Origin: Paraspadella gotoi
Lineage: Eukaryota; Animalia; Chaetognatha
Direction of reading: 5' to 3'
Assembly: GCA_051294375.1 (NCBI GenBank)
Contig: CM119266.1
Span: forward strand, 26,711,932 to 26,775,931
Length of the DNA stretch: 64,000 nt
Shown: piece by piece, positions 25,054 to 39,828 of the stretch
Layout of the letters: the number at the start of each line of letters is the position of its first letter
Numbering within the stretch: the stretch's first letter is position 1
Program-made: the position numbers and the translations under genes
Notes under the pieces: generated by a model
The model's database searches: none
What the model was told of the DNA's origin: nothing
Seen by the model: only the letters and a program-made list of their open reading frames with translations

Positions 25054-28000
25054 AGCGTTGGTGAGGGTAGCAGGTGACGTCCGAGCGCCAAATCTGTCCT
25101 GGCCAAGCCCGGCTATTTAATGGCCTCGTTGTTGTTATTGTTATTTTGGACGTTTTTCGCTTCCTTGTTTTGATTTTGTCCTATATTATGTCGCTTCATT
25201 TCCGCCTCGTGGTCGTCGTCTTCGTTGTCGTCATCGTCGTCTTTTTCTTAGCCTTTCATCGTCCCTGGGGCCAATTTTAAAAATTTAAGAATTGGCTAAT
25301 TTTAAATTATTGAATTTTGATGATCAAAGAAAACGGTTGTCGGTCTTTTCTCTCTCTCTCTCTCTCTATATATATATCTATCTATCTCTCTCTCTCTCCC
25401 CCTCTCTATTAGGATCATTTATTGTCCGATTTAGTTTAATTCACTACCTCTCTTTCATTTTTAGTTAATTTTCAGATTTAAAATTATTCAAAATATTTAT
25501 CTACTTAGTAAAATATTATTTCCATCTTAAGTCTTTATTTCTCATGCCGTTCTCTCTTCTCCTTCCCGCCGTTCCAATAATCAACCGGTGTAATTCCTCC
25601 CTCGCGCCAAAGATTTCCCCTTCTTTCCTCTTCTCATGTCACATGACAAACTCACCCCACCCTTTCGCGACATGAGGCCCGGATGTCACGAGCCATTGCC
25701 TTCACGAGGATTTGTGATCACGCCCTTTGCGCCTCGCGGGGCCTACGCGCACTACAAAAAGCGACACCCCCCTGACACCCAACCCTCGCCTCTGATTCCT
25801 ATCCCCCCCCCAACCGCGGGTAAAACTCACTCTATCGCCACGCGCAGCTGCCACGTCGACGCCCGGAAGGCGTGGGCGCCGACCATTAGTCGATCTCGGG
25901 CGACGACGGGCGGGGTAGGTGATTAGAGCTGGTGATGAAGAGGGAGTGATTAGAGGGGGTGAGTTCGAGAGATAGAAGGGTATGGCGGAGCGGAGTGATG
26001 AGATCGGACTTTTACGAAACAAATATTAAGTATGTATATAAGGAGAAAGTGGGGATTTTAATCTTAATATATTTCTAAAGGGGGGCATCTTATATGTTTA
26101 TTACAGATAATACTACAATGAAATGTCTAAATTTTGATTGGAAAACTTAATTTTAAATAAACCCTATTAAAAGTATTTCTAAAATAATAAATTAAGACTT
26201 CAAAAGATCTGAGAAATGATCTCAACTGCGACAATATGTAAATGATATTGAAAAGCTCAATCTCATTTTAAATGAACCACAAGTTACTCTGCTACATATT
26301 CCCTGTTTTGAAGCGCGATTAAAAGGATTCCATAAAAACTTTTTACCGTATGATATGTTGTCGTCGTCGTTATCGGAAAAAAAAAGAGCGAGGCGATAAT
26401 TAAAGTGGCCATTTAAGAGTAATTACGTTCGATACTCGTTAAACACGTCCAGATTTTTAATTAAATCATAAAGTAGCTTAATTTTTTTTGGTTAGTGATT
26501 ACTAAACCTGTAAAGCTTAACCACAAGCCTGTTATCGGCATATTTATTATTTAGCTACATCCAGTTTAAGATCGAACGTTGTAGTTGAAAACGCCACGAT
26601 GGCATCACTAGAACGCTGCTCACTCTATCGAACAAAACGTCCCAGGTTCGATTCTCACCTTCACAAATCGATTCAAGATGGCGAACCACGACTCACACTC
26701 TCGGTTGCGACCCGTTATATCACAAGTTCCTCCGCCTTCCACTTTTATCATTTATCATCGGTAGCCGTCCTCCGAGCCGCACCGTAGGCGTGGATTGCAA
26801 AGAGCGATTTCTCTAAACAAACCTATGTAAGGTCACGTGATTATAAAAAGTGAAATCACGTGAAGACCGCGTGCGAGAGACGCGAAGTGTCACGTGAAAG
26901 CTGCTTGTGAGTCGGTGATAAATCGTACGGTTCTTGTCAGAAGAATTAAAACAAAAGACGGAAGTCCCGAGGTAATTTAGAAGTTGGAGTGAAGGGAGGA
27001 TGAGAGAGAGATGGAGGGAGGGAGACAGAGAAGAATGAGGAAGTAAAGAGGAGTTCCAACCGCTTAGTTGGTTGTGACAGAGAAAAGTCGATCCCGAACG
27101 CCGTTGATGGAAGGAAGAAAGGAAGGAAGGAAGGAAGGAAGGAAGGAAGGAATGAAGGAAGGAAGGGAGGAAAGAAGGAAAGAATATGAGGAAAATAGGA
27201 AAGAACGAATGTATAAGATCAGAAGAAAATAAAAAAAAGCAGAAAGCAATTTAAGAATGATCTAAGGAATGAGTGGATGAACAGTACAAGGAAATAAAAG
27301 AAAGGAATAAAATGAAATTAAAGAGATGGAAAAGTGATAAATGAAGAAATGTCAAATAAGTTAAATAAGGAATGAAATGAAAACATATAGTAGGAATCAA
27401 AGAGGAGGAAAGAAAATGTCAAGGCTATCCTTTTAATTTCCCTCCACCCACCCTAAACCGCTCCCCCCCATGCTATTGGATCGGCGACACGTTCCGTTCC
27501 GCGTTGCAAATAAGTCAACCGGCGTTCTTTTGCTCCCTGACGGCGCCCAAAAAGTGTGACGCCGATTTTCGGCGTCGAGATCCCCGCGTCGCTCGAAAAC
27601 GATTTATGGCGACGCCGGAGTGAAAGGAATGAGAAGGGGGAATGAGGAGGAGGTGAATGAGGGGAGGTGGCGACGATGGATGGGAGAGATGGCGTTAGTC
27701 GATTCAGTAAGGGGGGAAAATGGCATGGGGGAATTGGCAAGCGGTCGAGAGGATGACGTCGAGTGGCATCGAGAAATGTCGCGAGTTTGACTGGGGATGG
27801 CAAGAAGAGGGCGAGTCGATGGAAATATGGAGCGAAGAAAAGGAGGACTCTTAATAATTAATTAATAATTACTACGCGAATTATTTAGATTTTAAGTTTA
27901 CAATTAATCAAATACGTAGTATAGCGGCAGCATATATTTCTAGTACATAATAGGTAAATAAACTTCAGCAAATGAAAATAAACACGTCTGAATAGAGAAC

Positions 28001-28220
28001 ATGCAAAACAAATTTAGGAGATGGGCGGTGTGTTTGATAGATGACGGACGTCGAAATGACAGCGGAGATGAACTCGTCGCTCGCACAAAATTATTCGCGA
28101 AAAAAAAAGGAAAAAATATCGAATGTTATAAATTTTTTGGGGCGAAAAAAAAAACGGAAATCGTTTTTTCAATTTTTTTCTTTTACCGAATTTTTCGATG
28201 AAATAAACGACGTCATTTTC

Positions 28221-28269
<49 letters not shown>

Positions 28270-29767
28270 AAATTAAGTTTGAAGGAAAAAGAGAGATGAG
28301 GAATGACAAAGTGATGTGAAGATTGAGAAATGTATGGATTAATTGAGGGAAAGAATTTTTCAAGAAAGTAAGAAAAGAAGCTAAGTCGTAACAATGAGAA
28401 AATAAAAAAAGGAGGCGAGTAAGAAAAGTTTCGTGAGGAAGATAATTCATAAATAAATAATAAATAACATAAATAATTTATGAACTATCAAAGGCGAAAG
28501 AAAGCGGCTTTAAGGTCGTGAGCGAAAAGACGCTGCCGACGGATTTGTTATAAAAAAGTTCAAAGATTCGCGGTATTCAAAAAAATGTCGCTGCTTCGAG
28601 TTTTAACTTCTTTTTAAAGTTTCTATAATAGAATTTTTCTCGTCACGAAATCACCGGTTTGTCTGAAAAGAGGAAGAGATTTAAAAGAAAGGAAAAAGGA
28701 AAAGGAAAAAAAAGATAGAAAAGGATGAAAGAGAAGTGAGGAGGGGAAGTGGGGAAAATGGCTGTCGGCAAAAAAAAATATGGGCAGATGGCAACGTAAG
28801 GACGATTGGCTGATAAACTCTCGGGCCGCGCGGGTCTTTTCACCTTTGTTGCGAGGTTAGTGGCTTCGGGCTCTCTGCAGTCTGCAATCGCAGTCTTGGG
28901 GGACACACCGGAATGTCAAGAGAAAATGCAGGAGTCATCGAGGCGGTTCGGTTTTTGCTTCCGCCGCGATGAATGATTTTGTTTTGCCTAATGATATCAA
29001 TTCCAACGGTGTAAAAAGTCCAACTGGAATTGTGAGTCTCACTTTCCTCGCCAGAGATTCACGCACTTTCACCTGCAGCGAGACGCGTTTCACTTAAACC
29101 GTTTCTCTTTAAAGTTTTCTTCCTCTAATCGTTTCACGCTTCGTCGCCGTCGTAAAACTCTTTTTTACTCTGGTGAACTTGATGGTGATGACAATGATGA
29201 TGATGATGATGATGATAGTGATGACGTTAAAGGCGATAACGACGATGACGTAGATGGCAATGAAGATGACAACGACGAAGATGTAGATATTGCTTATGAC
29301 TTATGACAATGACGAGGAAGTTAAAAACAATGACGACAAGGTCGATTGTGGTGACACAGACGCTCGTGATGGCCACCGTAACGATGACAACAACACCCGA
29401 TGACTATATGACAACTGTAACGACGCAAGACACCAACGCCGATTCTAAAGGAAAAGGACCTTCGGTTCCAACTTCGCCAGCAATTTGCCTCGTTTTACGG
29501 CGCCTCTTGTCTAGGCCGGACGCCGACTCCACCAGAACGTCCGCCGTCTCCGAGGCGCGCTAGTGTCGTCGTCTCTATCGTTCTTTCCGTCGCCAACGAT
29601 TCTGATGTCGCATCTTTCGCCATTTCTTTTGCTCCATGATGGAATGTCAGCTCCTTCGCCATTTCGCTTTTCGGCGGCCATTAGCTTCTCGTCGTCGTCG
29701 TGGCGTCGCCAATCTTGGCATTCGTACACAAAGAAAAAACTTTTCGCGCGCAATATCCTTTACTTCT

Positions 29768-29807
<40 letters not shown>

Positions 29808-29971
29808 TCTCTCTCTCTCTCTCCTTACGAAGTCGTTTCTCCAGCTTAATGCCTCATTTCTCTTTTAACATTATTGTATCCTTCTTTCGACTCCGTCCTT
29901 CTTTCTCTTTCTCTTCTTCTTCTTTTCTTCTTCTTCTTCCTTCTTCTTCTTCTTCTTCTTCTTTCTCTTCT

Positions 29972-30036
<65 letters not shown>

Positions 30037-33000
30037 TTCTCCATTTCCTTTTTATTTTCGTCAATTTTATTGTTTTGCCAATTTCGTAAGAATGTCACTT
30101 TTCACTTTGTCACTTTCGCCGGCTTTTTCGTCCATCAAAAAAAGAAAACGTCTTTCTCTCTTGTCTTTCTTTTCTCTCTATCTTTTCTTTTTTTCTTTCT
30201 ATCGTTGATTTAGTTTTTTGATTATTCTGCCTACAAATTTTTAGCTCCCGGTCTTACCTTCTGTATATATGTATCTATTTATTTATTTATTCGTTTAATC
30301 ATTCATTTATTTCTGTATTACCTTATTTCTTTTATTATTTCTTTTAGTTATTTATTTAATTTAGTTAATTCTCTCATTCTCTTGAATTCTCTTTTCTCTT
30401 TAATTTTACCCACAAAATTTAACTCGTCACTTATCTCTTTTCTCCTTTGTTCCCTATCTCCACTTCTTTTTCGCATTTTTCTTTTTTTTTTCGCGCCAAG
30501 TCTATCAAATCTTTTTTTTTTTCTTTTTCTTTTCCTTCTTTTTCTTTTCTTTCCTCCGTCAGTTCGTCGAATCGTTTCTCCTTCAAGAAGATTTTTTATC
30601 GAGTCTCTTTTCTTTTCCTTCACTTCAATGTTTTTTCTTATCTTCTTCTATCCACTACTCTTTCTCCTCTTTACTTCTTTTCTATCCACTCCTCTCTTTC
30701 CTCTTCTCTTCTATCTTTTCTCTCCCTTTATTTTCTATACAACCCTATTTTTTATTTTTTTCTTTCCTCGCCTTTCTTTTATCCATTTTTCTCCTTTCTT
30801 TATTCCTCTCTCTATATTATATTCTTCTCTTCTTCTCTCTCATCTTTCTTTCAGAAACCAGGCATTAAGTGTACTATCGCAAACGAGACGAGCGACGGAG
30901 TTGGGATGAAATTGCTGAAGGACTGCGAACCCTGAGATCAGTGGACGCTCATAGAGGAACCAGCCACACTTCGTGAAATCTTCCAGGGAAGGAAGTGGCC
31001 GTCAGGCCTCCGCTGAGGAACAGCAACAGGCCTCTGCTCTGACGTGGCCAAATCGCGCAAGTTTCTGGATTGAGATGCGGATCGAATAGACGTAGAAAAC
31101 TACAAATTTTAATCTACATTTGAATGATGTATTTTGTTTATTGCCAAGGGATCTATTAGAAAAAAGGGACACAGTCCCTGCCAATACTTGTTACTATAAG
31201 ATTCTGTGTTTACGTATTGGCCGCTATAGCATTATTAAGACAAAGGACCCATTAGACGTACTCGATGACTGTCCAGAGGTCAAGTGTAATATTTCATTTC
31301 TTATTTCTCTCTTCTTTTCTCTCATCATCTCTCTCAACTCATCTCTCCATTTCTTCGTCGAGATCGAATACGAGTGAGAAGATGATAAGAACTCATTCCC
31401 GGCAGCTGGGACTATGATCGTTGTCGTCGTCGTCGTCGTCGTTGTCGTCGTCGTTTTCAGCGATGATCACCTTGACGACGAACATCAAAAAGATTCAAAA
31501 CAGAATCGAAGCCAAAATCCAAAGATCGAGCGACGAATGGAGGATTGGTTATTCAAATAGTGATCGCTGATTGGACGAGTGAATAAATGCTGATTGTTGA
31601 TTGGGTAACAATTTGTTCTAAAATAATAGAATATTCAAACGGACTGAAATTTATTACGATTAAATAAACTTATCAATTTATCATTCTTAAAAAATAATCT
31701 CCAGTTTGTTAAATATATTTAAAAACACTCTGATTGCTCCTTAGAGAATGATGTTATGAATTATGATCATTCTGTGCAAAATAAGTGTCACTGTCTATCA
31801 TTGTCGTCATCACTATCTCACTGCAATTTTCGCTCTCACAATAAATATCACTGTTGCAATTTACTCGCTACTGATGACTGCGCAAAAAAGTCAAAGAAAA
31901 AAACGATATTTGCTGTCTTCTCTCGTTTTCGAAAACGACAGAAAAAAAAATGTATGTATGCGAAATTGCAAATATATGAAAATGTCAGCGACGACACTTG
32001 ACGTTTAAAAAAAAAGTCGGCGCCACAAAATGACAAAACATTTTTTTTTTTTTGAAACTGAGGCGATAGAGAAGAGAAAAAGCGCGAGATGAAGAAAAAA
32101 CAGAGAGAAAAAAGGAAAACAAAACAAAACAGAGAAAAAATGAAAACAAAACAAAACTAAGAAATCCGAAATCCCGGCTTTTTTTTCTTTTCTGGTTTAA
32201 TTCTTTTTGAAAAGAAAAAAATCAGTTCACTTTCTAACTTCATTACATTTTGGTTCATTACTTGTTTACGTTTAGACAAATCGGACAAACAGACGGACAA
32301 AAAAGAACGACTCGGACGAAGAGGAAAGACACACAGACACTCTAAAACTCAAGAAGAGCCAAACAGACAGACAAACGGACAGACAAGAAAGAGTAACTTG
32401 AACGAAGAGAAAAGACTGATAGACAGTCGGACACTCTCGAAGAGCCAAACAGACAGACAAACGGACGGACAGAAAAAGAAAGAATTAGACGAGAAGAAAA
32501 GACAGACGGACACCCAGGCGAAAATATTCTTCCTCCATCCCCCCCCCCCAAGGGAGAACGTTATACCGCCATTCGGTCTTCGGCTTAAAAGGAGATTTGC
32601 ATCTTAATTCGCTTTAAGGTTCGGAAATGTGTGAATTTTTCGCGCCAACGGATTTGGAAGCGGAAGGCTGTGAACGTGAGGGTGAGTGAATGGGGGAGGA
32701 GGAGGAGGAATGACAAAGGATGACTGGCGGAAGGAGGATAAAAGATTACGACAGCGGAGAACGAAAGGAAAAGATGATGGCGATGATTATCACGTTGTGG
32801 AATGTTGACGACGACGACGACCAGAGTTGAAATTCAAGAATTACTATTTTTAAATTCATATTTACGATTTAACAGAATAGCCTAGAAGATAGCACGGAAA
32901 AAATATCATGACAAATAATCAAAACGAAAAAAACAATTAAGTGCTGGAGCTTGAGCACGAAAGGACGGCGGTGACAAAGGAAGATTATACTAAAAATTAT

Positions 33001-33844
33001 AGCGTAAAAATTAGAGGTTTCCGTATCATAGAACAAATTGTTAACTATATTCACTAATATCCATTATCCAGGGTAGGTAGTAGTTGATGAGGAAAAATCA
33101 CGGAACGATAATTACGCAAATTTTTATCCATTTATCGATGGAATAAACGATGAAGCGAGGTAAAGGAGAAATTTGAATTCGAAATTGAAATTCGTCAAGA
33201 GTTTGAAGTTCGGATCTCGAGGCGACATCTTTAGTTCGTTGAAGAAAACGAAACTCCATTCGTCTATTCTTTAAAAAATTAATACAAACGCTATAAAATG
33301 TATTCATTAATCTATCAATCAATAACCTATCTTGTCCCTACTTCGGACTTGTCATAACCGCCTCTTGGGGTCAAATGCGAAGGACGAATCAGATCTAGAT
33401 TTAAAAAATAAGAATCAGAAGAGTAGAGGACATTGAATCTTAAGGTCGAAAGGACAAAGCGGCATAGACCCTGACGCCGCCTTTCACTGACCTTTCGCCC
33501 TTTTGGACGTAAACGCTCTAATATTTCCGGCTAATATTGGGTTGACATTATTCACTCCGTCCATTTATTATTTAGCCGCGAAAAGGTTGCAATTTTTTTT
33601 TGTTTTGTTTTTTTTTGTTTTCTTTTACTAAAGGACCTTCGCTTTACACAGCGCCCTTTTGTTTTGAAGATGGCGACACAGTTTTCGACTTGTCTTACTT
33701 TCACAAAAGACGAGTCATCATTTTTCCCTAATCCGGATCCTCCTTCCTTTTTATGTCTTTTTTTCCCTTCCTTTTCTCTTTCCTGCATCTAATGTTGTCC
33801 CCAATAATTCTCTTCCCCGGATCCAAACAGAAGTAGAAGAGATT

Positions 33845-33875
33845 ACTATATCCAGTCTCTCTCTCTCTCTCCTCT

Positions 33876-33910
<35 letters not shown>

Positions 33911-33965
33911 ATCTTATCCCTTCCGTCAGAAAAAGGAGTTTTGACTTATTTCCCTCTCTCTCTCT

Positions 33966-33998
<33 letters not shown>

Positions 33999-34632
33999 CT
34001 CTCTCTTTCTCTCGTTCGAGCCTCTCGTCGACGTCGACCACCGTCGAACGTTTTATGGCGACGAAGTTGGATAAAGAGAAAACAAAGTCTGACCGAATGA
34101 GGGTGAAGGGCGGAGGAGGTGGGAGAGAGGGGTGGTAGAAGGGGGTTGCAGTGGAGTGGAAAGGGTTGGAAAAGAGGCGGACGGGGAGTGGAGCAGCTCG
34201 GAGGCGAGCAGAGGAGGGAAGAGACTGGAGAAATCTTGGAAGGTGGGAAGTAGACTTGAGGGGCAGATATATTATGGTGAGGAAATAAATCGATGAGTGG
34301 AGATCTGAAATGGTCTGGGACGATGATGATAATGATGATGATGATGTTGATGTTGATGTTGATAGATAATGATGATGTTGATGGTGATAATGATGATGAA
34401 TGCTGATTGATGATGAACTGCAGTATTCTACGTCTGAGGCGACAAATTTTTTTTCGCCAACGTACGCAACGAAATTCATGATGGTCGTTATCAGCGTCGT
34501 CGTTTCGTTCGTCGTCGTCGTCGTCGCCGGAATCAGGTCGATAACGCCGATCGCGACGAAAAAGTTATGGAAATGGGGTAAGGTTTCTTAAAAGAAAAAA
34601 AGAGGAAAAAAAACGTTAAGAGACTCTTCTCC

Positions 34633-34711
<79 letters not shown>

Positions 34712-35255
34712 CCGGAGAAATTTTATGAGCCTAGAGGCCACAGTGCTCGCAACTCTGTTTTTCCCGGGATAAATAATGGATAACAAAATGACGGGAAATA
34801 TTAATAAGGTTTAAAAAAAAAAAGAAAAGAAAGATGGAATAAGAATGAGGTTAAAGAAAAAAAAAGAAAAAGAAAAGAGGGGGGGAGATTTGTGAGGAAA
34901 ATGATTTGTTAACGCCAGGTTAAGCGAGGTTGCGGAGGCGGCGAGCGCCTGGAGGATTCCGTGACTGGCGTGCGGATAAGCGGGGGCGGGGGTTTGAGGG
35001 GGGGCGAGGGGGGGAGTGNNNNNNNNNNNNNNNNNNNNNNNNNCAGAAGAAGAGCTCTGGGGAAAAGGCGTTAGAAATGGAAGGAAAAAAACTCTGTCTC
35101 TCGCTTTCTCTCTCCGTCTCTTTTTTTGACTCACGTTTTCTCTTTTCTTTTCTAATCTCTCTTTTTACGTCTATTTGTATTTTGTTTGTTTTCACTGTCT
35201 GCTGTCTATCTGTTTTTCCTTCTTATACATGGTCATCTTTCTGTCATGTCTCTAT

Positions 35256-35305
<50 letters not shown>

Positions 35306-35374
35306 ATCTCTATCCTTCCCGTCAAAACAGAAAAGGAGTTTGACTTATTTCCCCTCTCTCTCTCTCTCTCTCCT

Positions 35375-35411
<37 letters not shown>

Positions 35412-35500
35412 TCGAGCCTCTCTCGACGTCGACCACCGTCGAACGTTTATGGCGACGAAAATGTGGATAAAGAGAAAACAAAGTCTGGACCGAATGATGT
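33845..35500 (+). repeat. ~250-bp direct repeat pair (33845-34105 and 35255-35500)
   Basis: Both contain ttccgtca..aaaaggagtttgacttatttccc-(CT)n-cgagcctctc..cgacgtcgaccaccgtcgaacgttt..ggataaagagaaaacaaagtctg. Confidence 0.85.
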
Positions 35501-35529
35501 GAGTGACAGGGCGGAGCGAGGGTGACTGG

Positions 35530-38500
35530 AAGCGGCGAAAGAGAAGAGGAATGAACCTAAAGGGGGGAAATAGAAGAAAATCGCATAAATCAAAGAGAAA
35601 CCGATGAGGAAAAGTTTCTCATGAACCTTTTTCTTTCTTTTTCTTTCTTTTCTTCTTTTCTTTTTCTCAATGGACAAAAAACAAATAAAAGATTTCTTGT
35701 AAACTTCTTGTTTTTTTTCTCCTCTTTGGGTTTTAGTTTGCGTCGCGTGATCTACTCTGTAAGAAGGCAACTCTATTCGGGTATTAGTCCTCTGGCTTAT
35801 GCATCTATCGGTATGTAGTCGGGGTATGTCTGTCCGTCGGTCTGTCGTCGACTTACGTAGTTTTTAATCTGTTAATTTTTTCCTTTCTCCTTATTAATCG
35901 ATTTTCTTTTGCCAACTCGGAAATAAAGGTTAAGCTAGCTATCCTTCAATAGCATGTCTATTGATATGTTAAATTTTGTTTGCTGTTCTTGTTCTGTTAA
36001 TATTCTTAGCCTGGTTAAATGCCGATACAAGGTAAAAATGAAGACAGAGTGTTTGCAGTTACAAGATATTAAAAACGTTCGGAAAATATTAGCAGCTACC
36101 TCTCTTGTGTAACGCAACATAAAACAAATAGTCTATACTGTTTTGTAAATTAAATACCTAAGAAAATAAAGATAGGGGTTTTTAGTTCGGAGAAGAATTT
36201 CTAAAAATTAATAGATAATCTCGAAACGCGGTAAGTTCCATGCCTCCCGCTCGCACTTACCAGACTGGAATCGAGCGGAGATAGCATGAGCATAACAACT
36301 CTCTCATCTAAACCATATTAAACTTACCAAGTCATCGGCCAAAGCAAACCAAATCCAACCAACCCGAAACAATCCCCTATATTCTTCGAAACTTCCACGC
36401 TAACCATCTCCACTTTCCTTCCCTCCCCCCTAGAAAGTAGAACCCCCGTTACATGACACCCTTTTGAGCCATCCTCGAAACCCTTCCCTCCCCGACCCCC
36501 CTCTCCCCGTCTCTGCCCCGCTGTCCCCCGTCTCTCCCCGTCTCCCCGGTCTCTTCACCGGCTCTCTTGCCCGTCTCTTCCCGGTCCTCCTATCTCTCCG
36601 CGTCTCTCACGCTCGTCCCTCCTCCGTCTCTTCCCCCGGTCCTACCCCGTCTCTCCGCCGTCTCGTCTCCCGGTCTCTCCCCGCTCTCATCCGTCTTCTC
36701 CCGTCGATCTCCATCCGTCTTCCTCTCTCCGGTTTCCTGAATTTATTCACAAATATTTCATTTCATTTGCCTCAAAATCTTTTTTGTCCGCTGTATATTA
36801 ATAACTCAAAACCACATGATATCGTCGTCGTTTTGATCCGTTCATTATTGATGTTCATGTTCGTTACTGTTCATCGTCCCCTCTTTGATAATGACTGATC
36901 CTTCTGCATTCGTCTTGCAGTCATTTGCATTGTAACATCGCCAATGCCGGTATGTTTTTTTTATCTCGTGTTTTGATTGCGACATAATGGTTTTTGTTCG
37001 CTTAAGTCATCCGATTACTAGTGTTCCAATAAGAGAAGTTCTATGAATGGTTCTCTGGTTTATTCAATGTCTGTCGTTCTAGTCGTCATTTCAGATGGAT
37101 CTAGCTATCTATGTCTGTCGGTCTTCTGTGTATCTCCGCGTCGGTCTCGTGAAAGTTACAGATAATCTTTGCGATAACGCCGGCATGCTCTGAGAGAACT
37201 CTGAATTTCAAATTAATAATCGTAGTATTATATAGGTGAGTTTACAATAAACTAAGGTTCACGTATAGTGTACATAAACGAAAAAAAAGAGGAAAGTATA
37301 ACACTGTTATTTGCTTCATTCTCCGTTGGATGAGAGATGAGTCGATAGTCAGTAATTTATATTGTCATAGTTCGATCTTATTCGATGATCATCGCTGCGA
37401 GGTATCGTCAGTGCGACGATTTACGACGATCAGATCGAAGGAAAGAAAGAGAGAAAGAACTATATTATGAAGACTTGAGAGAGCAGAAGATTTCTAAACG
37501 CAATTATGATGATGTATGTGTCCGCGACCAGTATGAAGAATTGGTGAGTGAGATTATTCTCTTTAGCTATGGTGTCACACAGGTGACTCCTGGGGCACAC
37601 TGCGTGTGTTTGCGCGCGAGTGAGAATAAAGGATAGAATGGATACAAGATTACATAATGAGACTTGTAGAGGAGAAGAAAATAGTGAATTGGTTCTAGAA
37701 GATCTGAAATTGAAGAAAAAAGAAAATAACAAAAGACCACCGAATCCGCAAAATAGTACTATGCGTTTAACGGGCGTCATATTTTTTCTACTTAATTTTA
37801 GTATGATGACTCTTGCGTGCTTTCCTCTTTTCTTAATACGAACAATACAGAATTAAGAATTACTTAGAGAAAAAACGACTGTTGAATTATACCTACAAGA
37901 CATTTCTAAGGCTGACTTTTTTGATGTGGGGTTTTATAGGAGTATCTAGAGGGACAGAAAAGCGTCTTAATTTATGAGTCTGCGTGTCCGCGAGGAATGA
38001 GTGGGGTAGTGGCGGAGCTAGTGAAAAAAAGTTAGCGGAGTGAAGCGTCAGGGAAAGCAATATGTAAAAGATACCCTAGAGAAAACAGCACAGGCGTAAT
38101 ATAACTAAAAGACCAAGGAGAAATCAGTTTGTGGAGAGAGAAAGAGGAGGAGTGGAATAGCTAACCCGGCAGAGCAGGCTGTATATATAAATCGGTTATC
38201 ATAATAGAAGAGTTTGTAGATGCCAACACAGTCCTGGAAGTAGGAATGGAACAAGATTTGCCGAGTGAGGAGAGGAGAGCCAAATCACACTGATTCTGGG
38301 GCGTGCGGTGCGAGTAGGGGGGGGGCGTGGCTATAGAGACGGGGGAAAGGGAGCAGGGGGGGCGGAAAAGTGTGGTGCCGGGTCAAATTGAAGGGGGGCG
38401 GGGTTTTCCCCGGCGGTTGCATGGAAATTCTTGTTTGGAGGCTCGTAATCGGCTTAAAAAAGGGGATAATTGGGCGGACGAGTAGGAAAAGGCTTTTCCC

Positions 38501-38870
38501 GTAAAGAAAAGAAAGGTTTCTATTTAGTGGGGATTGGAAAGGGGTGGAAGAAAAAGTGTTGATAGGAGGAGAAAAGGGAAAAAAAAGGAAAAGGAAAGTT
38601 AAAAGGCGAGAAGGTGAAAAGAGAGGCAACCAGACTGTCAAATGATAGAATGAAAATAGTATGATGGACTAAGCCTTCTGGCGACGGACATTAACGACGC
38701 GAAGAGAGAGAGTGAGAGTTCGCTTGTTTTTAATGCTGACGATTTAGTAAATCCTGTGAAAATTTCTTCCTCTATAAGAATTCTTTGCGAAGACAGACTT
38801 TTCCGTGTTACGAATGAAATAAGTAGAGTACGCTATTAAAAATTTTGAGGCTCTGACTTATTGGATTATT
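35530..38870 (+). repeat. Copy A of a ~3-kb colinear direct duplication
   Basis: Anchors shared in order with 53090-55865: acctaaaggggggaaatagaagaa, gccaactcggaaataaagg, gttccatgcctcccgc, tttacaataaactaagg, catggaaattcttgtttggaggctcg, gaaggtgaaaagagaggcaaccagact. Confidence 0.9.
36480..36735. repeat. Degenerate ~10-bp C/T-rich minisatellite
   Basis: (ccccgtctct)-like units. Confidence 0.75.
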
Positions 38871-39060
38871 TTTTGCTCTATTCTACTTCTCGTGTTATTT
38901 CTCTCTCTTGTCTTCTTCTTCTTCTTCTTCTTTTTCTTTTTCTTTTTCTTCCGTTATTGTTCTTTGTTTTCAGGTAGTACATCAGCTCAAAACTTTTGCA
39001 AAGAAATGCATTAAGAAAACATTTAGTTCTTCGCGCTCGAAATCGCTCTTGCTTTGAGGA

Positions 39061-39096
<36 letters not shown>

Positions 39097-39638
39097 AATA
39101 TATAAAGAATGAAAGAAAAAAATTAACCTGCAACGAGAATAATTCTGTGGCGTCAGTCACGCGAAACAAGAGCCAACGGACTAGTTGGACTGTACGCGCC
39201 CCACTGTTTAACAGTAATGGAGCGGTAAAGCATCGTGAACGAAATGCGACCCTTAGGGTTTGAGTTAAAACAATCTTTAAAGCTTTACTTTTATTTACGA
39301 GATGGCGAACAAGTCTTTTGTTTTTCCTTTAACCTAAACGAGAAAAGTAAATAAAACAAAACGTTCGATGTAGGTTACAGATATTTTTCTAGGCTGCGCG
39401 CAGTTAAATTTGCGAGCTCTTATCGTACGTAAGCTGTTCCGCTGAGTTCAAGTCCGTTTTGGTTTTTTAAAACTCCGCCCGCTATTGTACACCTACCTTT
39501 ACCTTTTGCCGGAATGGAAATTAAGGGAGAAAAAAGCGACCGAAAAAGTCGTTTTGATGGAATTTCTTTTGGCATCAAAGGATGTAAGTCATTTCGCTGC
39601 TCAACGGGGAAGCCAAAGCTTAATGACTTTTTCACTTG

Positions 39639-39674
<36 letters not shown>

Positions 39675-39784
39675 CCGGTTTGGCAAAAACTCAAGACCGA
39701 ATAAAAACCACCATCAAAGCGAACGTCAATGACCACCTTTACTTCGATTCCCTTCATTTTCTTAGGACTTTTCTTTCTTTCTTT

Positions 39785-39828
<44 letters not shown>

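Noticed and set aside
26595-26660. B-box-like GGTTCGATTC suggesting a tRNA
   Set aside because: There is no convincing A box or cloverleaf; at most a decayed SINE remnant.
29636-30935. Long F/L/S-rich or R/E/K-rich ORFs (also 899-1492, 6662-7308, 56800-57522, 61628-62223)
   Set aside because: They are translations of polypyrimidine/polypurine and (CT)n tracts, which lack stop codons by composition.
30855-31060. Exon-like block after a long polypyrimidine tract ending TTTCAG
   Set aside because: All three plus frames hit stops within ~135 bp and no clear donor follows; it cannot be supported without transcripts.
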